This document shows, in pieces, positions 49,054-59,201 of a stretch of 64,000 nt of DNA (the first letter of the stretch is position 1; each line of letters opens with the position of its first letter). The notes beneath the pieces were generated by a model. That model made no database searches, had not been told where the DNA came from, and saw only the letters and a list, made by a program, of their open reading frames with translations. Position numbers and translations under genes: made by a program. Origin of the DNA: Candidatus Latescibacterota bacterium (GTDB lineage: Bacteria; Latescibacterota; UBA2968). The stretch covers positions 5,408,001-5,472,000 of the forward strand of contig OZ220741.1 in the NCBI GenBank assembly GCA_965116885.1, given 5' to 3'.

Positions 49054-49288
49054 CTTTTCTTGCCCTCCTTGCTGAAATAAGACGTATGTCATCGCCGCGC
49101 CATGTATAAACGACTGTGATCTCACGTCCTGAAAGCAGTCCGATTGCGAGTTCTCTCTTCTCAGCGCGCACCTGCTTAGATGGAATAATAATATGGAAAT
49201 CGAAGAAAATATTTCGAGCATCTCTGAAGTCAATACGGTGATTTTTGATATTGATTTCGTTCTTATCACTATCCCATTGAAATAACAT
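49022..49288 (-). CDS. brnT: BrnT toxin (DUF497)
   Basis: FQWDSDKNEINIKNHRIDF, VVYTWR, IRLISARRA; start MLFQWD at 49288. Confidence 0.85.
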   Translation of the reverse strand: MLFQWDSDKNEINIKNHRIDFRDARNIFFDFHIIIPSKQVRAEKRELAIGLLSGREITVVYTWRGDDIRLISARRARKDEREIYWSKV

Positions 49289-49347
49289 GCAAAGAATACA
49301 CAATATGTATATACAAAAGTCAAGAAAATAATTAAGGAGGTGATATA

Positions 49348-49524
49348 ATGGGCTTTCAAAAAAATTCGCTAACATATTTCTTTTATAGACTGGACCGCAC
49401 TGGCGATACCGGAAGTGTGAACCGCCCCCATAACCTCTTGCCAGACACGCAAAACTTTGGCATCATGAAAAAAGAGAGCGTTGGAATCTGGGTCAAGCCA
49501 GATCTGACAAACAACCATCCTTAA
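49348..49524 (+). CDS. 58-aa small ORF of unknown function
   Basis: Extended Shine-Dalgarno TAAGGAGGTGAT before ATG; no recognisable motif. Confidence 0.3.
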   Translation: MGFQKNSLTYFFYRLDRTGDTGSVNRPHNLLPDTQNFGIMKKESVGIWVKPDLTNNHP

Positions 49525-49542
49525 AACAGGAAGGAACTTATC

Positions 49543-49968
49543 ATGCTCAAGCAAATAGTCGGTGCAATTCTCACTATTGTAGGGGTGGCGGTTGCCATCC
49601 ACACCGTAATAGAACCGCTCTATCATGTCTCCACCGACGAGCAGCTATACAGCTCGTTTTGGGGCATCCTGAATCCGTTGATGGTGCTATCAATTATACT
49701 GGGCTTAATATTCGGATACATCCGCAAAAAAGGCGTCGCTGGTGACGATGCGATTACCCGCGAATACCTCGCCGCCAACATCCAGTTCTACGGCCTATTA
49801 TTCGTCGGCATCATGTTCTTCTGGAACTATTTCAACTACTATTATGGCCCTAAATTTACCGCAATCGGAGCCGACACCCAATCACTCGTGTGGATACTCA
49901 TCGACGCCAGCCTCCCGCTACTTTTAGGCGCAATGGGCATATCTTTGCTACGCAGCAGCGACGAGTAA
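49543..49968 (+). CDS. hypothetical 4-TM membrane protein
   Basis: Four hydrophobic segments; RBS AGGAAGGA; abuts crcB. Confidence 0.7.
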   Translation: MLKQIVGAILTIVGVAVAIHTVIEPLYHVSTDEQLYSSFWGILNPLMVLSIILGLIFGYIRKKGVAGDDAITREYLAANIQFYGLLFVGIMFFWNYFNYYYGPKFTAIGADTQSLVWILIDASLPLLLGAMGISLLRSSDE

Positions 49969-49969
49969 A

Positions 49970-50338
49970 GTGGCGCAGTTACTATTCATAGCCGGTGGGG
50001 GTGCTCTGGGAGCCTTATTGCGCTACGGGATGTCCATAAGCATACACATCCTGTTCGGACGCGGCTTTCCCTATGGCACGCTCACGGTCAACGTCACCGG
50101 ATCGATCCTCATGGGACTCCTTTACGTATGCCTGTCTGAATATATGGACATGCCCTGGCGCGATGGCCTGCTAATAGGTCTCCTGGGGGCGTTCACAACT
50201 TTTTCGACCTTTTCCATCGAAACCCTGCACCTGCTGGAAACGAGTCACCCTTTACTCGCATTGCTGAACATCCTATTAAGTGTCACCCTCTGCATTGCGG
50301 GATGCTGGATCGGCATCGCAATCGGGCGCGCACTATAA
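49970..50338 (+). CDS. crcB: fluoride channel CrcB/FluC
   Basis: GGALGALLRY, FPYGTLTVNVTGS, GLLGAFTTFSTF. Confidence 0.93.
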   Translation: MAQLLFIAGGGALGALLRYGMSISIHILFGRGFPYGTLTVNVTGSILMGLLYVCLSEYMDMPWRDGLLIGLLGAFTTFSTFSIETLHLLETSHPLLALLNILLSVTLCIAGCWIGIAIGRAL

Positions 50339-50449
50339 AGGGATTTATCATACTAAAAAAATTAACTCTGAAAGAACACTCTGACCAATGGCGTGTATAA
50401 ACAGCACAGACAGAAGACAGTTACAAACAGTTACACAAAGGAGAATTTC

Positions 50450-51673
50450 ATGGTCAAACGCATCATCGCCATTGGCATCATCTTTTTCTGCATCGCAGTA
50501 GGCTGGATTATTCTGAGTGCCACCACCTACATACGCACTGAGGAACAGGACGACAAACTCAAAAATGCTGTGGGGCAACTCTGGGGCACAGCGCAGACCC
50601 AGAAAGCTCCGCAAATCTACTATCTGGAGCGCGTCACCCATATCGAAACCATCGACGGCAAGTCTGTCTCACGCACAGCAGATGAAAAACACTTCCTGAA
50701 TCTCAAAGCCAGCCGCATTGAAGTTGACCTGTCTCTGGATCACCGGCGCAAAGGCCTGCTGTGGTATTCCACCTATCAGGTGCAATTCGCAGCCTCGTAC
50801 ACCCTGATCAATCCCACCGACCAGAACCGGCACCTGTCCTTCGACCTGGAACTGCCCGCCCCGAATGCAGTGTACGACAACTTCACCTTAACCGTTGACG
50901 GCCAATCCATTGCCGAACTCCCAATCCGCAACGGTCATTTAATCCAACCCATCGAACTATCACCCGGGCAGGAACTCTCCATTGATCTCTCCTATCACTC
51001 CCAGGGCCTGGATCAATGGCGGTACAGTTTTGGGGACCACGTCAATCAGGTATCGGACTTTGAACTGGTGATGCACACGGACTTCGCCGCCATTGACTTT
51101 CCCCAGGACAGCATGTCTCCCACCTCAAGGACCCGCGATGGCGACACCTGGACCCTGACGTGGAAATACAACCATCTCCTCACCGGCATTGATCTGGGAA
51201 TGATCCTCCCTGCCCGTCTCAATCCCGGGCCCTGGGTTGGCAAAGTCGTTGCCGCCGCCCCAATCTCCCTCTTTCTTTTTTTCTTTTTGCTCTTTATCTT
51301 TTCCATAGTGCGCGGCCTCGACCTGCACCCGATGCACTATTTCTTCATCGGTGCCGCCTTCTTCAGTTTTCACCTGCTACTGGCTTATCTGGTTGACCAC
51401 CTGATCATCCACTACGCCTTTGTCCTATCTTCGGCGGTCTCCATTGTCCTCGTCATCTCGTACATGAGACTGGTCCTGGGCACGCGCCTGGCCTTTGTCG
51501 AAATTGGTCTGGGGCAATTTGTCTATCTCGTGCTCTTTTCCTACACCTTTTTCTTTCCCGGCTACACCGGACTGGCCGTCACCCTCTTGTGCATCACAAC
51601 CCTGTTCGCCGCCATGCAATTTACTGGCCGCATTGACTGGAACACAGTATTTAATAAGGGACCATCTCAATGA
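50450..51673 (+). CDS. CreD-like inner membrane protein
   Basis: N-terminal TM, WG..QTQ, RRKGLLWY, LHPMHY and C-terminal TM bundle. Confidence 0.68.
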   Translation: MVKRIIAIGIIFFCIAVGWIILSATTYIRTEEQDDKLKNAVGQLWGTAQTQKAPQIYYLERVTHIETIDGKSVSRTADEKHFLNLKASRIEVDLSLDHRRKGLLWYSTYQVQFAASYTLINPTDQNRHLSFDLELPAPNAVYDNFTLTVDGQSIAELPIRNGHLIQPIELSPGQELSIDLSYHSQGLDQWRYSFGDHVNQVSDFELVMHTDFAAIDFPQDSMSPTSRTRDGDTWTLTWKYNHLLTGIDLGMILPARLNPGPWVGKVVAAAPISLFLFFFLLFIFSIVRGLDLHPMHYFFIGAAFFSFHLLLAYLVDHLIIHYAFVLSSAVSIVLVISYMRLVLGTRLAFVEIGLGQFVYLVLFSYTFFFPGYTGLAVTLLCITTLFAAMQFTGRIDWNTVFNKGPSQ

Positions 51674-53106
51674 GCATTTCAGTAGAGAAAATCGACCTCA
51701 ACGTTTTGAACATGCACACGCGATTTCCGTTTAAATACGGAATAGCATCGCTCGTGGCATTGCCCCATTTATTTGTGCGAGCGCGAGTCAACGTCGATGG
51801 AAAAACAGAAATTGGACTGGCTGCAGAGGGACTGCCGCCAAAGTGGTTCACCAAAAATCCCGACGCGCCGTTTGAATCTGATCTCGATGAAATGCTCACC
51901 GTTATTCAAAATGCCTGTGATATCGCCCTGCACAGCGATGCGGAAAATTCAGTATTTAATCTCTGGCAAACGATTTATGCCAAACAGAGCGCGTGGGCAA
52001 AAACAACGGCCTATCCACCGCTCCTGTGGTCATTCGGCGTCAGCATGATCGAACGCGCAGTGATCGACGCCTTTTGCAGGGCAAAAGGCGCGACATTTGC
52101 ACAAGCTGTAAAAGAAAATGCATTGGGCATTCGCCTGTCCGACATCCACAGCGAATTGCGCGGCAACGAACCCGGAGACCTCTTGCCACACGCGGCGCGG
52201 CGATCAATCACCGTGCGGCACACCGTGGGCCTCGCCGATCCATTAACCGATAAAGATATCGCAGACGAAGATCGCGTAAATGACGGCCTGCCGCAGTCAT
52301 TGGCCGCAAATATCGAAGCCTATCAATTGACACATCTAAAAATCAAACTGTGCGGCGATGCCGAACAGGACCTTGCTCGTCTTCGGCAAATCGCGGGCCT
52401 GATGCCCGATCAATGCGCCTTCACACTCGACGGCAACGAACAATACACAGAGGTCGAACCCTTTAGAAAACTCTGGAACACCATCCAGGGCGATACCGTA
52501 CTCTCATCTTTCATGGAAGGACTGATCTTTGTCGAGCAACCACTCCATCGCGACATGGCCCTCAGCGCAACCGTCAAAGCCGTATTGACAGATTGGACCG
52601 ACCGCCCCCCGATGATCATCGACGAATCGGACGGCGCGCTCGACAGTGCAACGCAGGCACTCGATTGCGGCTACGTGGGCACGAGCCACAAAAATTGTAA
52701 AGGCATTTTCAAGGGCATTGCCAACGCGTGCTTAATAGCCCATCGCCAACAACACGACCCCTCGGGAACTTATGTCTTAAGCAGTGAAGACCTCGCCAAT
52801 GTCGGCCCCGTGGCTCTGTTACAGGACCTCGCGGTACTGGCTGTATTGGGCGTAGATCACTCAGAGCGCAACGGACATCACTATTTTGCGGGATTGCACA
52901 TGTATCCCGATGCAGTACAGAAACAGGTGATGGCGCATCACAGCACCCTTTATCGCCAACACGCGCGGGGCTTCCCCATTCTAAATGTACACAATGGCAC
53001 CCTCAACGTAGAAAGCGTCGTCGAAGCACCATTTGGTTATGGCTTTGAACTGGACACCCTTCAATTTACCCCCCTTGCGGACTGGACCATAGATGAACTC
53101 GCCTGA
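51670..53106 (+). CDS. enolase-superfamily (mandelate racemase-like) protein
   Basis: KIKL, LDGNEQ, FVEQP, IDESD, HKNCKG. Confidence 0.72.
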   Translation: MSISVEKIDLNVLNMHTRFPFKYGIASLVALPHLFVRARVNVDGKTEIGLAAEGLPPKWFTKNPDAPFESDLDEMLTVIQNACDIALHSDAENSVFNLWQTIYAKQSAWAKTTAYPPLLWSFGVSMIERAVIDAFCRAKGATFAQAVKENALGIRLSDIHSELRGNEPGDLLPHAARRSITVRHTVGLADPLTDKDIADEDRVNDGLPQSLAANIEAYQLTHLKIKLCGDAEQDLARLRQIAGLMPDQCAFTLDGNEQYTEVEPFRKLWNTIQGDTVLSSFMEGLIFVEQPLHRDMALSATVKAVLTDWTDRPPMIIDESDGALDSATQALDCGYVGTSHKNCKGIFKGIANACLIAHRQQHDPSGTYVLSSEDLANVGPVALLQDLAVLAVLGVDHSERNGHHYFAGLHMYPDAVQKQVMAHHSTLYRQHARGFPILNVHNGTLNVESVVEAPFGYGFELDTLQFTPLADWTIDELA

Positions 53107-53117
53107 AAGTTAAAACA

Positions 53118-54479
53118 ATGACCATAAACTGGCACCACATCGAAAAAGAAGTAACGAATTTCTTACAGCACCTGATTCGGTGTAACACGACCAATCCCCC
53201 GGGCAATGAAATCCTGTGTGCAAATTATATTGCCGAAGCATTGAAGCGCGAGGGCATTGACCCCACGATCACAGAATCAGAACCCGGGCGCGGAAATGTC
53301 ACAGCGCGCTTAAAAGGTGGAAACGCGCCCGCGCTCATGCTATTGGGACATACAGATGTCGTCGCTGTAGAACCCGATAAATGGTCGCGCGACCCCTTTG
53401 GTGGAGAATTGCACAACGGCTATATCTGGGGGCGCGGCGCCCTGGACATGAAAAACATGGTCGCGGCAGAACTCATGGTCTTCTTGCTCTTAAAACGGCA
53501 GGGTGTGACCCTGAACCGCGACGTAATCTATGCGGCAACCGCAGATGAAGAAGCCGGCAGAGGAAACCACGGCATCGGTTGGCTCATCGATCACCATCCC
53601 GAACAAGTCAATGCAAAATACGTATTGACGGAAGGCGGAGGCGGTGATTTTTATGTAAATGGAAAACACTTTTACACATGTCAAACGGGACAAAAGGGCA
53701 TTTTTCGCTTTCGCCTGAAAGCAAAAGGACGACCAGGACACGGCTCCCGTCCACACCGCGACAATGCCGTCGTCAAACTCAGCCGTGCCATTGCTGCTTT
53801 GGGACAGGCAAATCTTCCCATGCACCCCTCTAAAACACTGCGCGCATTCTTAGAAGGCATTGCAGCGACACAGGACGATGAGACCGCACAACAGTTACGC
53901 CGCGTACTCGATGAGACAGACAGCGAGAACGCATTGCAAAAATTGCCCCTCGCGCCAGATATGATTGCCTCACTGCGTGCCCTATTGCACAATACGATTT
54001 CGCCGACGATTTTGGAAGCAGGCAGTAAAATCAATGTCATACCCGCCGAAGCAACTGCGCGGATTGATGGCCGGCTCGCGCCCGGTCAGACCGACAAAAG
54101 CTTTGAAGCCGAAATTCGATCCTCGATTGGCGACGAGATTGAGCTCATTGTGGACCAGTATAGCCCACCTTTAGAAGCCAGTACAGATTCGCCCCTATAT
54201 GAAACCATCGTCCAGGTAATGGGAGAACGCGACCCAGACGCCACCGTAGTTCCCGCGCTGATGAGCGGGGGCACAGACGCCAAGCATATTTGCCCGCGCT
54301 GGCCCCATGTACAGGTTTACGGATTTATGCCCCACCGACAAGTGCGGGAAGAAAAAGAAATGAATCTGATACACGGTCATAACGAACGCACATCAGTCGA
54401 AAATCTCGTCTTTGCAACGCGCATTTTATACGATATTATAATGCGATTTTGCCAATCCTCACCGGGAGATAACGCATGA
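53118..54479 (+). CDS. M20/M25/M40 metallopeptidase
   Basis: GHTDVV, GRGALDMK, ADEEAG, GGTDAK, HGHNER. Confidence 0.9.
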   Translation: MTINWHHIEKEVTNFLQHLIRCNTTNPPGNEILCANYIAEALKREGIDPTITESEPGRGNVTARLKGGNAPALMLLGHTDVVAVEPDKWSRDPFGGELHNGYIWGRGALDMKNMVAAELMVFLLLKRQGVTLNRDVIYAATADEEAGRGNHGIGWLIDHHPEQVNAKYVLTEGGGGDFYVNGKHFYTCQTGQKGIFRFRLKAKGRPGHGSRPHRDNAVVKLSRAIAALGQANLPMHPSKTLRAFLEGIAATQDDETAQQLRRVLDETDSENALQKLPLAPDMIASLRALLHNTISPTILEAGSKINVIPAEATARIDGRLAPGQTDKSFEAEIRSSIGDEIELIVDQYSPPLEASTDSPLYETIVQVMGERDPDATVVPALMSGGTDAKHICPRWPHVQVYGFMPHRQVREEKEMNLIHGHNERTSVENLVFATRILYDIIMRFCQSSPGDNA

Positions 54480-55444
54480 AAATTCTGGTGACAGATTATG
54501 CCTGGGCAAATTTAGACGTCGAAAAAAGCGTCCTATATGAAATTGGTGCCGAACTCATCCCCGCACCCGATGGCGAAGAAGAAACACTTGTCCAATTGGC
54601 GCAGGGATGCTGTGGCATCATGACATGCTGGGCGCAAACAACGCGCGCGGTCATCGCATCCGCATTGCCCGATTTGAAAGTAATCGTGCGATACGGCGTA
54701 GGACTGGACAATATCGATGTAGCCTATGCAACAGAACAGGGCATTCCCGTAGCCAATGTACCCGATTATTGTTTTATCGACGTAGCCGAACAAACCATGG
54801 CCCTGCTCCTGGGACTTTCGCATAAAGTCGCACAATTTGACCGACTTATCCGCAGCGGCACCTGGGATATCCAAGCGGGCTTGCCCCTGCGGCGTTTGAC
54901 CGGTCAGGTACTCGGCCTGATCGGATTTGGGCAAATTGCGCGCGAGGTCGTTCCCCGCGCCCGGGCTTTTGGGCTGCACGTATTGGCCTACTCCAGGTCT
55001 TTGACGCCAGAACAAGCGCGCGCCTGTGGCGTCGAATCCACAGATCTGGACACCCTGCTTCGCGCATCGGATTTCGTATCGCTTCACTGCCCATCTACCG
55101 ATGAAACGCGAGGCCTGATCAATGCCGATAATCTCGCCAAAATGAAGCCGACAGCGTGTTTGATCAACACATCGCGGGGCGATATCGTCGATGAAGCCGC
55201 ACTCCTCGCGGCACTGGAAAATAACACCCTTGCGGGTGCTGCCCTCGACGTGCGATGCCACGAACCGCCCGAAACAGGAGATCGTTTAATCCATACAGAT
55301 CGGGTAATTCACAGCCCGCACTCGGCTTTTTATTCGGAAGAATCGCTCGTAGAATTGCAAAAAAAAGCCGCCTGGGAAGCGCGGCGAGTCCTGACGGGAA
55401 AAGCACCTGTGCATCTGGTCAATCCGGAATACGAGAAACAGTAA
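54476..55444 (+). CDS. D-2-hydroxyacid dehydrogenase (CtBP-like)
   Basis: RYGVGLDNID, GFGQIA, INTSRG, SPHSAFYS. Confidence 0.9.
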   Translation: MKILVTDYAWANLDVEKSVLYEIGAELIPAPDGEEETLVQLAQGCCGIMTCWAQTTRAVIASALPDLKVIVRYGVGLDNIDVAYATEQGIPVANVPDYCFIDVAEQTMALLLGLSHKVAQFDRLIRSGTWDIQAGLPLRRLTGQVLGLIGFGQIAREVVPRARAFGLHVLAYSRSLTPEQARACGVESTDLDTLLRASDFVSLHCPSTDETRGLINADNLAKMKPTACLINTSRGDIVDEAALLAALENNTLAGAALDVRCHEPPETGDRLIHTDRVIHSPHSAFYSEESLVELQKKAAWEARRVLTGKAPVHLVNPEYEKQ

Positions 55445-55460
55445 CCAAAGGAGTATCAGT

Positions 55461-56450
55461 GTGAGCAAACCAAAAGTCGGTATTGTAATTCGGAAATCTC
55501 TCAGAGAAAGAATCTTGAGCGATTGGGATTTGGAAACATTGGAAAATTTTGCAGAAGTAACCATAAACGATGAAGACCGCGATATCGTAGATGGTGAAGC
55601 GGCTGAATTTCTGAACGGAATGGACGGGGCGATGACGAGTTGGAATTCGGGAGATTTGACACCTGCCATTCTGGAAGGCGTGCCAACGCTGAAAATCTGG
55701 GCTTATGGCGCGGGCACTGTAAAGGGAAAAATCTGCGATGAAGCCTGGGAAAAAGATATTGTGGTAACAAGTGCCGCGCCCGCAATAGCCGATGATGTCG
55801 CAGAAATGACCATGGGATTCATGACCATGGGATTGCGCCGGGTATTTTCCCATTCGCGCGCCATGCGAGAAGGCGAAAAAAAACCGGACAAGACCGAATC
55901 CCGCTCTCTATATCGACGCAGCGTCGGCGTCATCAGCGCCAGTCAGGTCGGGCAGCGCGTGATGCGGTTGTTGCAACCCTATCAGACGCGCACATTGCTC
56001 TACGACCCCTTTGTGACGCCAGATCGCGCAGAGGAATTTGGCGCAGAGCTCGCAGACCTGGAAACAATAGCGCGCGAGGCAGAAGTCGTAACCGTTCACG
56101 CGCCCAAATTGGACGCGACATATCACCTCTGGAATGAGACGCATTTCAAACTCATGCGCGATGACTGCGTATTTATCAACACCTCGCGCGGTGCCAATAT
56201 CGACGAAGCCGCGCTGATCGCAGAATTGCAAAAAGGGCGATTCTTCGCCTTTTTAGACGTAACCGATCCCGAACCCCCTGCTATGGACAGCCCACTGCGC
56301 CGTTTGCCCAACGTGGTCTTAACACCGCATTGTGCCGGGCTGCAATCCTATCGCATCGGCGCACTGGTAGTCGAAGAACTGCGGCGATTTTTTGCGAACA
56401 AAGACCAACTGTTTCAAGTCAAACGAGAAATGCTGGATCGGCTGGCATAG
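55461..56450 (+). CDS. D-2-hydroxyacid dehydrogenase family protein
   Basis: [26 protein letters not shown]. Confidence 0.88.
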   Translation: MSKPKVGIVIRKSLRERILSDWDLETLENFAEVTINDEDRDIVDGEAAEFLNGMDGAMTSWNSGDLTPAILEGVPTLKIWAYGAGTVKGKICDEAWEKDIVVTSAAPAIADDVAEMTMGFMTMGLRRVFSHSRAMREGEKKPDKTESRSLYRRSVGVISASQVGQRVMRLLQPYQTRTLLYDPFVTPDRAEEFGAELADLETIAREAEVVTVHAPKLDATYHLWNETHFKLMRDDCVFINTSRGANIDEAALIAELQKGRFFAFLDVTDPEPPAMDSPLRRLPNVVLTPHCAGLQSYRIGALVVEELRRFFANKDQLFQVKREMLDRLA

Positions 56451-56460
56451 AAAGGATATA

Positions 56461-56949
56461 ATGCAAAAACGCGTAGATTATTTATCCTGGGATGAGTACT
56501 TTATGGGTGTGGCCCTGCTATCGGCACAACGAAGCAAAGACCCCAATACCCAGGTAGGAGCCTGTATTATTAACGAAAAAAAGAAAATCGTGGGCATTGG
56601 TTACAACGGATTGCCCATTGGATGTTCAGACGATGAGTTTCCCTGGAGCAGAGAAGGCGACTTTCTCGACACAAAATATCCCTATATCTGCCATGCAGAA
56701 TTGAATGCAATCTTGAACAAAATCAGCGCAGACTTACACGAATGTACGCTTTACGTCACCTTATTTCCGTGCAATGAATGTGCAAAAGTAATTATTCAGT
56801 CGGGCATTCGCGAAGTGATCTATCTGGCGAATAAATATCCAGAGTCCGACTCCGTAAAAGCCACTTGCCGCATGTTTGACAGTGCGGGTATTCGCTATCG
56901 CGTTTTAAAAGAACATCGAGAGCGCATTGTCCTTGATTTCAGGGTCTGA
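56461..56949 (+). CDS. dCMP deaminase
   Basis: [28 protein letters not shown]; start MQKRVD with GAAAGGA RBS. Confidence 0.92.
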   Translation: MQKRVDYLSWDEYFMGVALLSAQRSKDPNTQVGACIINEKKKIVGIGYNGLPIGCSDDEFPWSREGDFLDTKYPYICHAELNAILNKISADLHECTLYVTLFPCNECAKVIIQSGIREVIYLANKYPESDSVKATCRMFDSAGIRYRVLKEHRERIVLDFRV

Positions 56950-56952
56950 GTC

Positions 56953-57978
56953 ATGGCATCTCCAACACTTCAAGATAGCATGGACACTAAGGCATTGCCA
57001 GGCGCGACCGATTTGAAACGCGCACTCGTCGATATTTTATATCGCAGGCAATTTGGTGCATTGCTAATTTTTAGCATTGATTCCCTCAATCAAGCACCTG
57101 GGGACAATGTGGGGCAGGCACTTAAAGTGCTAAATTCCATTGTTATTCCCACCCCCGAAAGCTTTCACATAATAGAAGACAAAATCATCGTACTTTTTGA
57201 TGCCGATGAGGCGCGTGTTTGTGAAATCCCATCATCTCTGCCTGCCGTGATTGCCGAGCAAACAGGACACCGCGTATCTTGCGGTGGTGTTAAAATTTCG
57301 AGCGAAGATTATGGCCTGCACCCCCAAATGTCCGAGATGATCTTTTCCACTGCCCAATGCGTACTCGCCCGGGCGCAACAACACGCAATCCCGCATGTGG
57401 TCTGGTTGACCGAGAAATCCGCAGAGGATATATTATCGGATATTTCCCTGAACTTTTTTCGAGAAATTGCGCGTATCAACGCCGCGCGAGTGCAAAGAAT
57501 GACATTGGAATCGCGCACAGATTTTTTGACTGGTCTTTACAATCGACGCGGCTTTGAAGCAGTATTTACACGTATGGTGCGACGCGCAATTAGCAATGGA
57601 AACCCCCTCGCGCTCTATTACATAGATTCCGATTCGCTCAAAGCGGTTAACGACAGCAAAGGGCACGACGCGGGCGACCGATTTATAGTAGATTTGGCAC
57701 AAGTATTGAATGACATGCTGCGCGCATCGGATTTGTTATCGCGGTGGGCGGGAGATGAATTTGCTGCGGTGGTTGAAAATACGCCGAGAGCGCGAGCTTA
57801 TGCAATAGCCCGCCGTCTGAATCGAGCCGTTGATGAGCGCACAGAAGGCACGATATCCATTGGGGTTTATCACGGCGTGCCCGAATCGACAGAAGACGCG
57901 CTCAGAAAAGCAGATGCCGCTCTTTACCGTGTAAAAAACCGAGGAAAAAATGATATAGAACTGGCTGACCCGGTTTAG
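56953..57978 (+). CDS. GGDEF-domain protein (AGDEF) with degenerate GGDEF-like N-domain
   Basis: DFLTGLYNRR, DSDSLKAVNDSKGHDAGD, RASD I-site, RWAGDEF, ADAALYRVK. Confidence 0.85.
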   Translation: MASPTLQDSMDTKALPGATDLKRALVDILYRRQFGALLIFSIDSLNQAPGDNVGQALKVLNSIVIPTPESFHIIEDKIIVLFDADEARVCEIPSSLPAVIAEQTGHRVSCGGVKISSEDYGLHPQMSEMIFSTAQCVLARAQQHAIPHVVWLTEKSAEDILSDISLNFFREIARINAARVQRMTLESRTDFLTGLYNRRGFEAVFTRMVRRAISNGNPLALYYIDSDSLKAVNDSKGHDAGDRFIVDLAQVLNDMLRASDLLSRWAGDEFAAVVENTPRARAYAIARRLNRAVDERTEGTISIGVYHGVPESTEDALRKADAALYRVKNRGKNDIELADPV

Positions 57979-58047
57979 AAACCCCAAAAGGGGTTGCATC
58001 GTCTTAGTGATTACTCCCAACGATAGAGCAGTTGGGCTTCTTGGCGG

Positions 58048-59166
58048 TCAAACCACCTGACTTTGTAATCCCAAAGTCAATATGTTTATCGCTGCATTGA
58101 GGTCTCTGTCTGCTGTATAGCCACACTTCTTGCAATGATGCACACGATCAGAGAGGGCTTTCTTTTCGCGGTGCCCACATGCAGAGCAATCTTGTGACGT
58201 GTATTCAGGATCAACGGCCTTGAATCTAATACCAGCTTCTTCCGCTTTGTATTCGAGACAATGCCGAAACAGTGACCACGCTGCGTCTGAGATGCTTTTT
58301 GATAAACGACGATTCTTTTGCATCTCTTTAGGTTTTAACTTTTCTACGACGACAAAGCCGTATTTATTCACGATCTTTCGAGACGCTTGATGCACAAAAT
58401 TATGTCGTCTATTACGGATACGCTCATGCACTCTGGCAACAGTCTTACGCGCTTTCTCTCGTTTCTTTGGCGACGCTTTTTTTACTTTGTCCCACTTGCG
58501 TTGTGCCTTGGCAAGCGCCTTTTCCTCTTGCCGAAGAAAGCGAGGATTTGCTATCTTTTCTTTATCAGAAAACATAGCAAAATTATCAAGTCCCACGTCA
58601 ATACCAACGGCGGGGCCAGCGTCTGTTTTTTCAGGTGTATCGCCTATGTCACAAGAGATAGTAGCGAACCACTTGCCCGTGGCTGTACGCGTGACGGTGC
58701 AAGACTTAGGCATACCCTCAAGTGGTCTGTGCTGGACAATGCGAATACAGCCTATTTTGCCCATTCGCAAGCCCTTATCGTCCAGTCGGCACCCATTGGA
58801 AAACTGCGGATAGGTGATAGAATCATAGCGATTCTGACCCTTGTATCTGGGAAAGCCTGCTTTCTCGCCCGTCTTTGCCCGCTCTTTGAGACGACGAAAG
58901 AATGCTTTGAACGCCCAATCTACTCTCTGGCATACTTGCTGAAGAACTTGAGAATAGACAAGAGAAAAAGATCTATGCTGTTGTTTCAGCATTGGCAATG
59001 TCGCTTGTTGCTTATAGCGCGACAAACTTTTTTTATTCTTTTCCCATGCTTGCACTCTCGCACAGACAAGTTGGTTATACAGCAAGCGACATTCTTCAAT
59101 TTGCGCCAGTAGGATTTTCTCCTGTTTTTTCGTCGGGTACAATCTGTATTTTAAGGACTTAAACAT
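58048..59166 (-). CDS. tnpB: RNA-guided endonuclease TnpB
   Basis: YRLYPTKKQ, GIDVGL, VVEKL, CSAC...CKKC, DRDLNAAINI. Confidence 0.93.
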   Translation of the reverse strand: MFKSLKYRLYPTKKQEKILLAQIEECRLLYNQLVCARVQAWEKNKKSLSRYKQQATLPMLKQQHRSFSLVYSQVLQQVCQRVDWAFKAFFRRLKERAKTGEKAGFPRYKGQNRYDSITYPQFSNGCRLDDKGLRMGKIGCIRIVQHRPLEGMPKSCTVTRTATGKWFATISCDIGDTPEKTDAGPAVGIDVGLDNFAMFSDKEKIANPRFLRQEEKALAKAQRKWDKVKKASPKKREKARKTVARVHERIRNRRHNFVHQASRKIVNKYGFVVVEKLKPKEMQKNRRLSKSISDAAWSLFRHCLEYKAEEAGIRFKAVDPEYTSQDCSACGHREKKALSDRVHHCKKCGYTADRDLNAAINILTLGLQSQVV

Positions 59167-59172
59167 AAGTAA

Positions 59173-59201
59173 AATATATACTTATGCGTATATTTTGTCA
59201 A
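59173..59201 (-). promoter_or_regulatory. tnpB promoter, probably leaderless
   Basis: TTGACA-17-TATATT, then 6 nt to ATG; homologous copy at 21911-21939. Confidence 0.7.

Noticed and set aside
48754..49375. N-terminal extensions of BrnA (201 aa) and BrnT (117 aa) in the ORF track
   Set aside because: They run through the promoter or the overlapping gene; family-typical starts are 49053 and 49288.
49290..49970. Fluoride riboswitch upstream of crcB
   Set aside because: Could not find the GGCGATGG...CTGATG consensus by eye; an Rfam scan would settle it.
56461..56949. dCMP deaminase as an anti-phage nucleotide-depletion system
   Set aside because: Ordinary single-domain enzyme without a kinase-like domain or defence neighbours; reads as housekeeping.
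20747..59166. TnpBs as Cas12f or nuclease-dead TldR regulators
   Set aside because: No CRISPR array seen; RuvC D-E-D residues are intact; both have IS200/IS605 ends; I saw no second match to either guide in the window.
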